From the NCBI GenBank assembly GCA_965237525.1, contig CBDEFO010000008.1, forward strand, positions 800,001 through 864,000: a DNA stretch of 64,000 nt, written 5' to 3'. The translations under genes and the position numbers were made by a program. This DNA comes from Candidatus Latescibacterota bacterium. GTDB taxonomy: Bacteria > Latescibacterota > CBDEFO01. The first letter of the stretch is position 1. Each line of letters starts with the position of its first letter. Of this stretch, positions 51,824 to 62,800 are shown one piece after another. The notes beneath the pieces are model-generated. The model did not search any database. It worked only from the letters and a program-made list of their open reading frames with translations, and was not told where the DNA came from.

Positions 51824-54250
51824 CTATTCTGTCTGAGTGTCATTCGTCGTGTGAGACGTTTCCCGTCTCCGGCGATCGATAAACGATAAAAGAAAATCAT
51901 ACTGTGATTCCTCTAACTCTCCATTTTCAAGATGGCCACACATTCGCTTCTCAAGCGAGTTATAGTCCTCGAGCCGCGTTGCATCGTTCATGCTCGTATC
52001 CTCCGCCTCCGCAATAGCTCTTATCTCCGCAAGTAACGCCATCGTCAAATTCTGTCGTGCTTCGTTGATTTGATTATCGATTAGATCCTCCAACTCACGC
52101 CACCGTGAATTGTCAAGCTCGTTCAGGCGCCACCACTTCATGCTAACCTGCTCCCGGATACGGGCACGAATCTCCCGGAGATTCCTAACAGAATGCTGCT
52201 CACTGATGTCAACAGATACTTCGTGGATTTTTCTAGTCTCCAGGTTACTGATTCTATTGCGCCTCAATGTGAGGAGTCCCTTCAATAAGCCTGCGGCCAC
52301 AACAATTGTCGCCACTCTATACCACATGTGTTTGTCCCATTCGAAAGGAGCCTTTGAAGGCAGATGCTCCATTTCGAGATAGTACTCCTTCGCACCCGGG
52401 TGGAGAGGGATCGAAGGGAGCACCTCGGCCAAGGAATCGTCTGTCGTCCCCAGAAATGCCGCCCCTTCAAATATGGCCTGTGTGACTTTTTTAACATCGT
52501 AGTTTGGTGCTAGCGCTTCTGTGGATACCAGGACAGATCTTGTTTCTATTGTGTTAATATCGGACTCGCCTTTCCTCTGAGACGGATAAGTTTCAGATTG
52601 TATCTTGCCAGTCTCAAAAACTGGCCCGATCAACAATTCCGCCAGTTTTTGGGTTTCGATAGACAGGAGTCTGATCCGATCACCGGCAAGAATCGTTTTG
52701 ACTGCCTCACTCGGCACATAGCTGACGAAGAATCCGCAGTCGATCTCTCCGGCGTGCAACTTATCCACCATCTTTTGAACTGGGTGGAAAATTAGCGTGT
52801 CCATGGAGACACTATGTTGGCGGAGTATGGACTCTGCTATCATTCGTGTCCCGCTGTTCCTGGGCCCAAGACAAATTCGGAGGGCCTGTTCTCTGAGATC
52901 TCCGACAGTCGCTTTGGTGCTATCTTCAGGGGAGAGTTTATCTCGCCTTATCATGATGTGGACCGCCTCGCTGTGAAGCGCTGCAATCCGCTTCATTTTT
53001 TTTACTTCAGGGAAGTCAACTCCTTTCAAAGACTCTACTTTGTAAATGCTCTCGGGATTACCATTATAGGAGGCAAGCGCAACGTCGTATTGCATAATGG
53101 CAAGCGTCCGCGCTGGTCTATCTTTAAGATACTTCGCGTTTGCGACTGATCCGTCAGTGTGAATCACCCTTGCATCAATCCCTCTTAGTTCGAGCAATGT
53201 CTGCATCGTCTGGCCCAACTCATAGTATTTCCCTCTTATCGCTCCCGTTACTATATGCAGCTTCTTCTTTTCCCTTTCCTGAAACTCACTCGCTCCTCTA
53301 TGGAGTTCAAAACCGTGTGCGATGTCCTCGAAAGCGGTCATGAGCCCCACATCTTCCGCCCTCGTGTGCGCGGTCAAGAGACTCTTTATGTTGTCGAACA
53401 AGGCGTCGAGGATGACGAAAGCCAACTGGTCGTCGAGGTTGCTTCTGCATACCAAAAGGGTTGCTATACTAGAGGTCTCGACACGCTTGGCTTGGTTCTT
53501 GTAGAACTCGGCTTGTATATCTTCAATATCTGTTTCTTGGAAGAAAGAGATGTTTGCTACTATTTTTTCTCTGTCCCGACTGAGGTCCAAGAGCTCGCAA
53601 TCACAATCATCAGATTGGAGCGCTTTCTTTACAGCCGTTGTAGGCATACCTGCAACAAAGATGGCTGCATCTAAGCTATCTGAAATCAGCATTTCAGCAG
53701 CCTGCGTAAAACCGAAATCTTCTGATACACTCGTGACATCTTTCTCGGGATCCAAACCAACAACATGGAGGAGAGAATCGGCGACCAGTTTTGTGCCGCT
53801 GCCCGCTTTGCCGAGATAGACCCTTTTCCCCCGCAAATCGCTGAGGCTGTTGATACCAGCATTCTTTCGCACGACGATCTGGAGCATATCTTCATATAGA
53901 TTGGCCAGAATCCTTACCGACTCAGACACCGCTGTTCCACGATGGACTAACGCTGGTTCCAGCACAAAGGCGATATCAGCCTCTTCGGCGACAAGGCGGT
54001 CAATGTTGTCCAGTGAGCCGGCAGTCTCTATATGCTCGGCTTTTACTATGTGTTTTTCATCAAGTTGTTCGAGAATACGTGCGAACTGCTTACCCAATGG
54101 TAGATATGTGCCGCCCCGTGTCGCCGTCGCTATTTTGACTTCCCACATCTCACGCCGGGGGTAGTACACGATGAGAACGACAGCAGCAACAACGATGGTC
54201 AGCGTGACAATAATCCTGCGCCGAAACTTGACCGTCATAACGATTGTCAC
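51824..54250 (-). CDS. Protein with two TAXI-family solute-binding domains, terminal TM helices and a helical tail
   Basis: IATATRGGTY..TAGS..N and IVTGAIRGKY..TDGS..N; G..GSGT; LHRGA/LHPGA. Confidence 0.85.
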   Translation of the reverse strand: MTIVMTVKFRRRIIVTLTIVVAAVVLIVYYPRREMWEVKIATATRGGTYLPLGKQFARILEQLDEKHIVKAEHIETAGSLDNIDRLVAEEADIAFVLEPALVHRGTAVSESVRILANLYEDMLQIVVRKNAGINSLSDLRGKRVYLGKAGSGTKLVADSLLHVVGLDPEKDVTSVSEDFGFTQAAEMLISDSLDAAIFVAGMPTTAVKKALQSDDCDCELLDLSRDREKIVANISFFQETDIEDIQAEFYKNQAKRVETSSIATLLVCRSNLDDQLAFVILDALFDNIKSLLTAHTRAEDVGLMTAFEDIAHGFELHRGASEFQEREKKKLHIVTGAIRGKYYELGQTMQTLLELRGIDARVIHTDGSVANAKYLKDRPARTLAIMQYDVALASYNGNPESIYKVESLKGVDFPEVKKMKRIAALHSEAVHIMIRRDKLSPEDSTKATVGDLREQALRICLGPRNSGTRMIAESILRQHSVSMDTLIFHPVQKMVDKLHAGEIDCGFFVSYVPSEAVKTILAGDRIRLLSIETQKLAELLIGPVFETGKIQSETYPSQRKGESDINTIETRSVLVSTEALAPNYDVKKVTQAIFEGAAFLGTTDDSLAEVLPSIPLHPGAKEYYLEMEHLPSKAPFEWDKHMWYRVATIVVAAGLLKGLLTLRRNRISNLETRKIHEVSVDISEQHSVRNLREIRARIREQVSMKWWRLNELDNSRWRELEDLIDNQINEARQNLTMALLAEIRAIAEAEDTSMNDATRLEDYNSLEKRMCGHLENGELEESQYDFLLSFIDRRRRETSHTTNDTQTE

Positions 54251-54768
54251 CTTTGTCTAATCATACTTGTGAAGTGCTGATGAATCGATAACCAATTGCG
54301 TGAGAACGCATGGTCCAGCTTTCTGGCCTCTGAAAATTATACTTTTGCACCCTGGAGACTACTTGTGAAAAATCACTCGCTGAAGAAGATCCGACTCTTT
54401 GTATAGTCTACTGTATTTTTTGTGGCTGAAAATCCGTGAAGATATACGATCGATAAAGGCGTTTTGCTTTTTTTCGTCGAGTCCGCCCAAATGAATTCTT
54501 TCTCTGTACCGAAGCATTAGTATATCAAAGCAACTCTCAGATTGTTCTAGGTAAAGCTCAATATCAACCGGAATGCTGACCAGAATTATTTTACAATTGA
54601 TCGAAACACGTGGAAAGCTGAAAAAAGGACAGCAAGACAACAAAACGTAAAAAACTCGTATATTGACTTCTTCTTAAAAAGTCATTATCCTATCTCACTA
54701 ACCCCATTCCTTTCAGGGCGCAGAAGCAAAGTCCGCTTGTCATTTCTTGTAATGTGTTTTTTATCGCA

Positions 54769-55539
54769 TCACTGAGGAGCCAGTATATACGTTGGTTCCT
54801 TCTGGGGCTGCAAAGAATCTGATCCATCGGGGTCATTATATGTGTTATAGATATACAGTTTATTATTCAGCCATTTGAACGGATAACGAATTCGTTGGCC
54901 CTCTTCATCTTTCTCACCGATGACGTAAAAATATTCACACCAAGACATGGCAGATAAGAAACTATCAAGGCTTACTTTGTAAGAGAACGATTTATCCGGC
55001 CATTCTGCTTTTCCTGATTGATGAAACGTGAATGTTCTCCCGTTTTGGTCAGTGTAAGTTCCAACCAGCAGTACAAAGTTAATGTAATCTGCCAAAGGTG
55101 GTTTGAGACGCACAAAACTTATTTTCTGCTCCCCTTTCATGTGGAGGTAGATAGGATCAAAAATCCATTGAATTTCATTACCTGTTAGCCCTTCAGGGAA
55201 AAAGAATCTGTCATTTTCACTAATTCTACCACTATCCTGATGCTCATAAAATACCAGTTCATATGTATTCGGATCAGAGCAAGTTAAATCAACAACATTG
55301 TACCGCATTCCTTCATGAAATCCAAGTACAATAAGCCACTTATATATATTGTCTTCTTGAGAGATGTAAAATGCCGGAATTTCACATATTGCTCGATAAT
55401 GTGATCTCATTTTGTGGAGTTTTTCGAGATAGTTAGTATTAATCCACTGCCCTTGTAGTTGATCCAAGCCGATTTCTTCTGCGAACATTGGAGAAGAAGA
55501 TAACACTAAAAAAATGAGAGAGGAAATTATATGTTTCAT
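54769..55539 (-). CDS. Secreted hypothetical protein
   Basis: MKHIISSLIFLVLSSSPMFA signal; AT-rich. Confidence 0.65.
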   Translation of the reverse strand: MKHIISSLIFLVLSSSPMFAEEIGLDQLQGQWINTNYLEKLHKMRSHYRAICEIPAFYISQEDNIYKWLIVLGFHEGMRYNVVDLTCSDPNTYELVFYEHQDSGRISENDRFFFPEGLTGNEIQWIFDPIYLHMKGEQKISFVRLKPPLADYINFVLLVGTYTDQNGRTFTFHQSGKAEWPDKSFSYKVSLDSFLSAMSWCEYFYVIGEKDEEGQRIRYPFKWLNNKLYIYNTYNDPDGSDSLQPQKEPTYILAPQ

Positions 55540-55778
55540 TCGACATGCCCTCTGTTTCACGCACAGTTGATTTGGTTTGGGCTTTATTCACAAAAATTTG
55601 TTATTTCTCATATACTTATTTCACAAACGGCAATAATCAAAATTTGGTAGCTTCTTCCGAAAAACAACTGATAATGATTTTAACACATTTTCTCCTTCAT
55701 GTCAAAAAAGTTTCTGGAGATTCTCTATTTTTTGATCTTTTCCAAATCTGGGCACACTCCACCTTACACCTTGCTTTT

Positions 55779-55975
55779 TCACATTGAATCAACCTGCTTT
55801 TTCGTATGGCCAAATCCATTCGTCTCCATCCTATACAGTTAGAACCCGCTGGCAAGACACGTGCCATTACCATCTTTCCCATCCAAGACCTTGGAGTATC
55901 CACCTGCCGCTATCTCTCTATCCACTAAGGAAGGAACCTTCTGCCCCAGAAAATTGAAGACATACATCTTGATGC
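55779..55975 (-). pseudogene. Degraded FlgD-Ig/T9SS-like C-terminal domain
   Basis: VFNFLGQKVPSLVD.EIAAGGYSKVLDGKDGNG..LASGF*LYRMETNGF..TKK. Confidence 0.65.
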
Positions 55976-55986
55976 GTTTGGATGTC

Positions 55987-57216
55987 CTATTTCGACAGAT
56001 CTGAAACCATCTTCTGGACTTCGCCTTCTAGTTTCAACGTAATGCGTTCTACGATATTTCTCTTCTCCTTTTTGTAAGCTTCATAATCGTCCAACAAATT
56101 CCGAGGAGTGGCAACTCGGATGAGAGCCGTCCTGGGTCCTTTAGTCTTAGCGAAGCCGTAGACTTCCTTTTCCAAGCGGGCGATGACTTCCAGAAAGCGC
56201 TCCTGAGTTGGGTTCTCACCGACGTACCCTTCGTAGATGGCAATAAAGTTCACGACGCGGTTGAGGTCTATGTAAAACTGTCGGAATTTGTCGAGCCCCT
56301 GTCTATGGATCCCGCCCTCATATTCTGTCATCTCGTCCTCTTCCCTGTAAACCTCCTCATCGATCCGGTTTTGAATAGTCCGAACCCGCTTTAGGGGGGA
56401 AGATTCCGATTGGGGAACAATTCCCATAAAGTTCTCCATCTGCGACAGAATATGTCCTCTCAAAAGTTGAATGCGTTCATTAAGCGAACTGTCATCGCTC
56501 AGAGGCAATTGATATTCCTTTGCCAGTGTAATCAATAATACAGCCCCCACGTTCTGCAGGCGATCATATAAATCTTCTGATGGACTTGAATTCTTGCGTA
56601 GAATTTTTCTCTCTAACTTCGTGAGTGCCTTTTCTATTTCCCGCCACATATCTTTCTCGTAGACATACTTGATGGCCACAGGTGCAACGTACATGGGCTT
56701 AACTTGACCTGCCTTTTCAAGATCGTCCAGCGCCCAGAAGCCCATCTGTGCGCCGCCGCTTTCGAAGGGCATTACGGTATCGTTCTGGAACGAGACCTCA
56801 CCTTCTGCGAAGATGACTACCTTATGCTTTCCTTTGGTCAAAGTTCCTCGTGTCGTTCGGAACGATTCCCGATCGACGGCTCCGCGCACCACTGAATAGG
56901 CCCCCAGCCGCTGCATGAGGAATCCTCTCATTCTTCCTCCCGCCCGTAGATGAAAAGTCTCCCGCGCAGCCACGTAACGGAATCGCTCCCCGAGGCGCTT
57001 TGACAGCGTGAAGATCACGAACGGGTCTACATCAGTTGGATGGTTCGGAACCAGGATCGTAGGAAATCCATCGGTCGCCCTTAGCCTCTCCATCGATTCA
57101 GAATCAATATCTAAACCCAGGCCCTTGAATCGCATGATTACGGGCAAAAGACACTCGGTCAACCCGATCACAAGTCTATTCTCTCTGGGAGGTCTGAAAT
57201 CTAACAATATGATCAC
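55987..57216 (-). CDS. Lysophospholipid acyltransferase (PlsC family)
   Basis: NHPTDVD; IFAEG. Confidence 0.88.
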   Translation of the reverse strand: MIILLDFRPPRENRLVIGLTECLLPVIMRFKGLGLDIDSESMERLRATDGFPTILVPNHPTDVDPFVIFTLSKRLGERFRYVAARETFHLRAGGRMRGFLMQRLGAYSVVRGAVDRESFRTTRGTLTKGKHKVVIFAEGEVSFQNDTVMPFESGGAQMGFWALDDLEKAGQVKPMYVAPVAIKYVYEKDMWREIEKALTKLERKILRKNSSPSEDLYDRLQNVGAVLLITLAKEYQLPLSDDSSLNERIQLLRGHILSQMENFMGIVPQSESSPLKRVRTIQNRIDEEVYREEDEMTEYEGGIHRQGLDKFRQFYIDLNRVVNFIAIYEGYVGENPTQERFLEVIARLEKEVYGFAKTKGPRTALIRVATPRNLLDDYEAYKKEKRNIVERITLKLEGEVQKMVSDLSK

Positions 57217-57270
57217 CTCTGTGTCGCGGTCTTTCCTACAGGAGCGAGTGCACGAAATAAGTATCCTGAA

Positions 57271-59127
57271 CTATCCCGAATAGGTCTGGTCGATAAGCTT
57301 TTCGTAACGGGACAGAATGGCCTTCGGCACCAGCTTCTTGAGGCCGCGGGTCAGAGTGCCATCTTCTTCTGTGAAGGGCTCTGTAAGGACCAGGATCTTC
57401 TGCGGCCTTTCGTGTCCGGGAAGTCCGGCGCTGTCTGCTTCTCTCTTCATCTGTTCGTGGATCCGCTCTACGATGGTCGGATGAGAAGAGAGGGCACCTT
57501 CATCTCCTCTGGGCAGGTCCGGGATGTCGGACTGCATGTTGGCCTCATCGAGATCGATGGTGACCAGGGGCAGGGGAAAGGTGCGCGTGTGGTCCCCGCA
57601 TACCAGAACATGCTCGATGAGCGGGACGCGGGCGTAAATGCCTTCGAGGCGTTCGGGGTTCACAAACTCGCCGTTTTTGAGTTTGAACTGTCGCCCCGCG
57701 CGGCCTCTGAATGTGAGATACCCCTCATTGTCCATGCTGAAGAGATCGCTGGTCCGGTACCAGATCTTTCCTTCACTGTCCCGGACAAGGACCTTCGCGG
57801 TCTGCTCAGGATCATTCAGATATTCTGCCATGACATTTGGGCCGTGCACCCATAGCTCCCCAGCTTCTTCGGCGCTGCCTTCATAGACCCCGGTTTCAGG
57901 ATCTCCGTGAGCGATCTTATGGCCGTCTGAATCCACGAGTTTGACTTCCATAAGGGGTCGTCCCACCGTTCCGGTCTTCTGGCCTCCCAGGCTGTTCGTC
58001 GCGATGAGGGGGCAGCATTCTGTCGTGCCATAGGCCTCGTAGGTTGTGATATCGAGGACCTCTTGGAAGAAATCGAGGGCCTCGGGGTCGGCCTTTGCCG
58101 CTCCTACGATCAAGAGTTCGAGGCGGCTGCCCACCCGGTCAAAGAGTTTACTTCTGATCTTCTCGACGATCCTCTTCCCAAAGGTCGCATTCGCGAGTCT
58201 ATCAACTATGTTGGCCTTGTCCTGTGAGATGCTACGCTTGGCGCGGATAGCTCGACTGACCAGACTACCTTTGAGACCCCCGGCGTCGATCTGTTTGCGC
58301 ACATTCTGGTAGACCTTTTCCAGTATGAGAGGGACGGTCAAGAATCCTTGGGGCTCAAAATGGCGTATGTCAACCAGCGCGCGGTCCGGGGAGCGCGGAA
58401 GATCGAGAGTCCAGCCCTTGGCCAGAGGGTAATAGATATTCAGAATGCCCATCGAGTGGTAGTCGGGAGCCGCTTTGAAGAAGATGAAGGGATCGCGCTC
58501 GGTGATGATGTCCCAAATCTCTTTCACGTTAGCCACAATATTGGTGTGGGTCTGAACTACACCTTTTGGAAGTCCGGAGGAACCGGAGGTGTAGATGACC
58601 TTCGACTCGTCGTCAGGGGCAAGTGCCACCCTGGGGGGTTCTTCCTGAGCGCCGGCCTCCATAATTTCCGAGAAAGAGCGGCAGCCGTCGATCTTGCCTT
58701 CGGTGAGGATGAGGTGAGGCGGATTCTCCAAAGATGGCCGAATGCGCACAGCCTGTTTGTGGCTCTTGGGGTCGATAAAGAGAAACACGATGCCGGATGA
58801 ATTGATGTTGTGGACAAGAATGTCGTCGGGGAGTTTGTTGCACAGGGGGACCGAGGATATGCCCAACAGGTCGGCGGCCAGAAAGATTACGAGGGGCTCG
58901 ACTCCACCGTCGGTGAGGATGCCAACACGCTGGCCTTTTGTGATGCCGAGTTGGGCGAATCCAGAAGCGAGGCGATCTCTATGATCTCTGAGCTCTCTGT
59001 ACGTCGTCGACAGAAAACGCACTCCTTTTGTTCTCTGCCCGCCTGCTGACTGCAACGTACGTAAGGCCGTACGGTCGGCGTGCTTGTCGAAGCTTTGGTT
59101 CATCAGATCTGTTAAGGTCTGGCTCAT
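57271..59127 (-). CDS. Long-chain fatty acyl-CoA synthetase (AMP-binding)
   Basis: YTSGSSGLPKG; YGTTE; GTVGRP; GEFVNPE. Confidence 0.9.
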   Translation of the reverse strand: MSQTLTDLMNQSFDKHADRTALRTLQSAGGQRTKGVRFLSTTYRELRDHRDRLASGFAQLGITKGQRVGILTDGGVEPLVIFLAADLLGISSVPLCNKLPDDILVHNINSSGIVFLFIDPKSHKQAVRIRPSLENPPHLILTEGKIDGCRSFSEIMEAGAQEEPPRVALAPDDESKVIYTSGSSGLPKGVVQTHTNIVANVKEIWDIITERDPFIFFKAAPDYHSMGILNIYYPLAKGWTLDLPRSPDRALVDIRHFEPQGFLTVPLILEKVYQNVRKQIDAGGLKGSLVSRAIRAKRSISQDKANIVDRLANATFGKRIVEKIRSKLFDRVGSRLELLIVGAAKADPEALDFFQEVLDITTYEAYGTTECCPLIATNSLGGQKTGTVGRPLMEVKLVDSDGHKIAHGDPETGVYEGSAEEAGELWVHGPNVMAEYLNDPEQTAKVLVRDSEGKIWYRTSDLFSMDNEGYLTFRGRAGRQFKLKNGEFVNPERLEGIYARVPLIEHVLVCGDHTRTFPLPLVTIDLDEANMQSDIPDLPRGDEGALSSHPTIVERIHEQMKREADSAGLPGHERPQKILVLTEPFTEEDGTLTRGLKKLVPKAILSRYEKLIDQTYSG

Positions 59128-59397
59128 CGTTCACATGCCCTTTCATCCGTAGTTTTTGTCCACGTAATCCACGTGAGCATTAGAATTGGATGTAGCGCTA
59201 GTGCTTTATAACAACTGCTGCAGAAGAGCGTTGGACTTTTTCGGAAGGTGGAGATCTCGCTTGACTTCGGACTCTTTAAGGGTGTTATATGCTGTTTCCG
59301 GCCCTTGACATCCCGACGGAGAGATGCTGGGCCAAGAGGCTATCTATATCGAAGCCTCCCGGGCATTCTTGTGGACCGGAGAAATAGACCATCTCTT

Positions 59398-60918
59398 AAA
59401 GCCTTGTGAAATAGTTATGTCCCAGGCAGCGTCTGAAGCGCCGATTATGGGTCAAAGAGAAGCATATCGTATCGTTTTGCTGTGGAATAAGCAAAATAGT
59501 CTTATCAGAGTTCTGGTCAGCAAGGAATAGGAGCTGTTTGAAGAACAGGATGCACTGTCTTTGACAGACAGGGCACACATAGACGCTTTCCCCCTTCTTA
59601 TGAAAGATACAAGCCTCTTGAGATTCTGTACTGTTGCAACAAGATTCAACTGTTCATTCAGTGAGGCTGGTCCTCTGTAACGGGCTCGTCCCATACCGTG
59701 TTGTTGCCTGGCTTCAGCAAAGATATGTTCACTGCGTTTACGGAGTCTCCGGGAGAGTTTGTAGTCAGCTGTTAATGAGATAGACCGTGCATGATTTCTG
59801 GCTTTCGCCTCTCGCACTTTTCTATCCCGTTCGGCCTGAATATGTGCTGAATTTGTCTTGTTTTTCCATGTAGGAATCGGTTCAATCTTCTCATCGGCTC
59901 GCAGAGGAATATGGGGTATGATTCCCCGGTCAAGTACATCAGCGATAAAATTACCAGAACCGTAACCGGTATCGGCACTAAGTGTCTGAATGTCTTTGGG
60001 CATGGTGTATGTTTCAAGGTCATCTACCATCTTAAGGGCACTTTCGGGCTCTGCTGTCCCTGTCGCCTGCGTGCCCTGAGTCTCAAGGATTACTCTGCTT
60101 TTTGTGTCGATCAGATCATGGCCCATAAACGAGAGAAAAGCCCCTTTGCCCTTCGATTTGCTGTATAAGCGCGCGTCGGGGTCTGTAGTCGAACGGTGTG
60201 TTTGGTTCGTCCACTTTTCACCATGAAAGTCTTTATCCTGAGGATGCCCGGACCTACCCTTTGTCTTATCACCTTCAAAACCGATTCCCTTGAGATAATC
60301 ATCAAGAGAAACAGGGGGTTCTATCGGCTCAATACTTTTCACTGAAGCATCAGCTTGTATCTGAGTGCCGTCGACACTAAGGTGTTTACCGCTCACAAGA
60401 CCGACATCTATGCAACACTGGACTACCTGACGCATTATCCGTTCAAACAACCCACTGGATGCCCACTTGTGATTGCGAAGCTTGTTGATCGTGCTCCTAT
60501 CCGGAACCGCATCATCAAATGTCTGATGACAAAACAACCGATATGCCGCATGCATCCCCACTTCCTGACAGAGCCGATTCTCACTCAAATTATACAGATA
60601 GCCAATAAGGATCATTCGAACAACTAATTCAGGATCAATACCGGGTCTGCCATTGTCAGGGCAATAACAATCTGATACAACGTCTCGTACAAATGAAAAA
60701 TCAACTGCCTCATCAATCTGACGAAGGATATGATCCTCGGGAACTAAATCCTCCATCTGAAAATAGTGAAACATCGGATTTGTCTGTTCCTGCTTTTGTG
60801 GGGTCATTGTTTCCTCCATGTATAATATTATCAATAACATAATATAATACATCGGAACTGCTTTATCAATGCTTGTTCTATACTACTTTCTGAATCTAAG
60901 GGTTTTTCACAAGGCTTT
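59398..60918 (-). mobile_element. IS1182-family element, copy 3 (intact transposase 59452-60852)
   Basis: Near-identical to copy 2; IRs present. Confidence 0.95.
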
Positions 60919-61330
60919 TAATTTATTGTAAATTCTCACAGTGCTGGCGTTTTCGTAAGAGCCAGGTTGCGAGTGAACCTCGCCCCTACATGCATCGTTA
61001 CGGCGTGGAGGGAACAAGCCATCCCCGATAGGTTCATTAGATCTGTTAAGGTCTGGCTCATCGTTCACATGCCCTTTCATCCGTAGTTTTTGTCCACGTA
61101 ATCCACGTGAGCATTAGAATTGGATGTAGCGCTAGTGCTTTATAACAACTGCTGCAGAAGAGCGTTGGACTTTTTCGGAAGGTGGAGATCTCGCTTGACT
61201 TCGGACTCTTTAAGGGTGTTAATGCTGTTTCCGGCCCTTGACATCCCGACGGAGAGATGCTGGGCCAAGAGGCTATCTATATCGAAGCCTCCCGGGCATT
61301 CTTGTGGACCGGAGAAATAGACCATCTCTT

Positions 61331-62369
61331 AAAGCCTTGTGAAATAGTTATGTCCCAGGCAGCGTCTGAAGCGCCGATTATGGGTCAAAGAGAAGCATAT
61401 CGTATCGTTTTGCTGTGGAATAAGCAAAATAGTCTTATCAGAGTTCTGGTCAGCAAGGAACAGGAGCTGTTTGAAGAACAGGATGCACTGTCTTTGACAG
61501 ACAGGGCACACATAGACGCTTTCCCCCTTCTTATGAAAGATACAAGCCTCTTGAGATTCTGTACTGTTGCAACAAGATTCAACTGTTCATTCAGTGAGGC
61601 TGGTCCTCTATAACGGGCTCGTCCCATACCGTGTTGTTGCCTGGCTTCAGCTGTTAATGAGATAGAATGATTTCTGGCTTTCGCCTCCGATCCCGTTCTG
61701 AATATGTGCTGGATTTGTCTTGTTTTTCCATGTAGGAATCGGTTCAATCTTCTATCGTTCACTGCGTTTACGGAGATCAAGGTCATCGGTAACCGGTAAC
61801 TAAGTTTGTAGTCATCAGCTGTCTAATGATCAGGGCCCAATAGCCCCTTTGATCGTGCATCGTCCACTTTTCACATTTACTGGACCTACCCTTTGTTTCG
61901 ACTCATCAAGAGCACTTTTCTATCAAGCTTGCCTGAATACTGTGCTCAATCAAGACGTCTTGGACTACCTGACGCATTATCCGTTTGGATCCTTGTAGGA
62001 AGCTTGTTGATCGGTGCTCCTATCCAATCTTCATCATCTGGCTCGCATGCATCCCCACTTCCTGAGAGCCGAATCAAATTATACAGATAGCCAATAAGGA
62101 TCATTCGAACAACTAATTCAGGATCAATACCGGGTCTGCCATTGTTCCTGATACAACGTCTCGTACAAATGAAAAATCAACGGTCAAGTCGGGAACTAAA
62201 TCCTCCATCTGAAAATAGTGAAACATCGGATTTGTCTGTTCCTGCTTTTGTGGGGTCATTGTTTCCTCCATGTATAATATTATCAATAACATAATATAAT
62301 ACATCGGAACTGCTTTATCAATGCTTGTTCTATACTACTTTCTGAATCTAAGGGTTTTTCACAAGGCTT
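61331..62369 (-). mobile_element. IS1182 copy 4, internally scrambled/deleted
   Basis: Both ends intact, interior garbled. Confidence 0.7.
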
Positions 62370-62800
62370 TTAATTTATTGTAAATTCTCACAGTGCTGGC
62401 GTTTTCGTAAGAGCCAGGTTACGCGGCCCGCGAGAGGGCGAGTGAACCTCGCCCCTACATGCATCGTTACGGCGTGGAGGGAACAAGCCATCCCCGATAG
62501 GTTCATTAGATCTGTTAAGGTCTGGCTCATCGTTCACATGCCCTTTCATCCGTAGTTTTTGTCCACGTAATCCACGTGAGCATTAGAATTGGATGTAGCG
62601 CTAGTGCTTTATAACAACTGCTGCAGAAGAGCGTTGGACTTTTTCGGAAGGTGGAGATCTCGCTTGACTTCGGACTCTTTAAGGGTGTTATATGCTGTTT
62701 CCGGCCCTTGACATCCCGACGGAGAGATGCTGGGCCAAGAGGCTATCTATATCGAAGCCTCCCGGGCATTCTTGTGGACCGGAGAAATAGACCATCTCTT

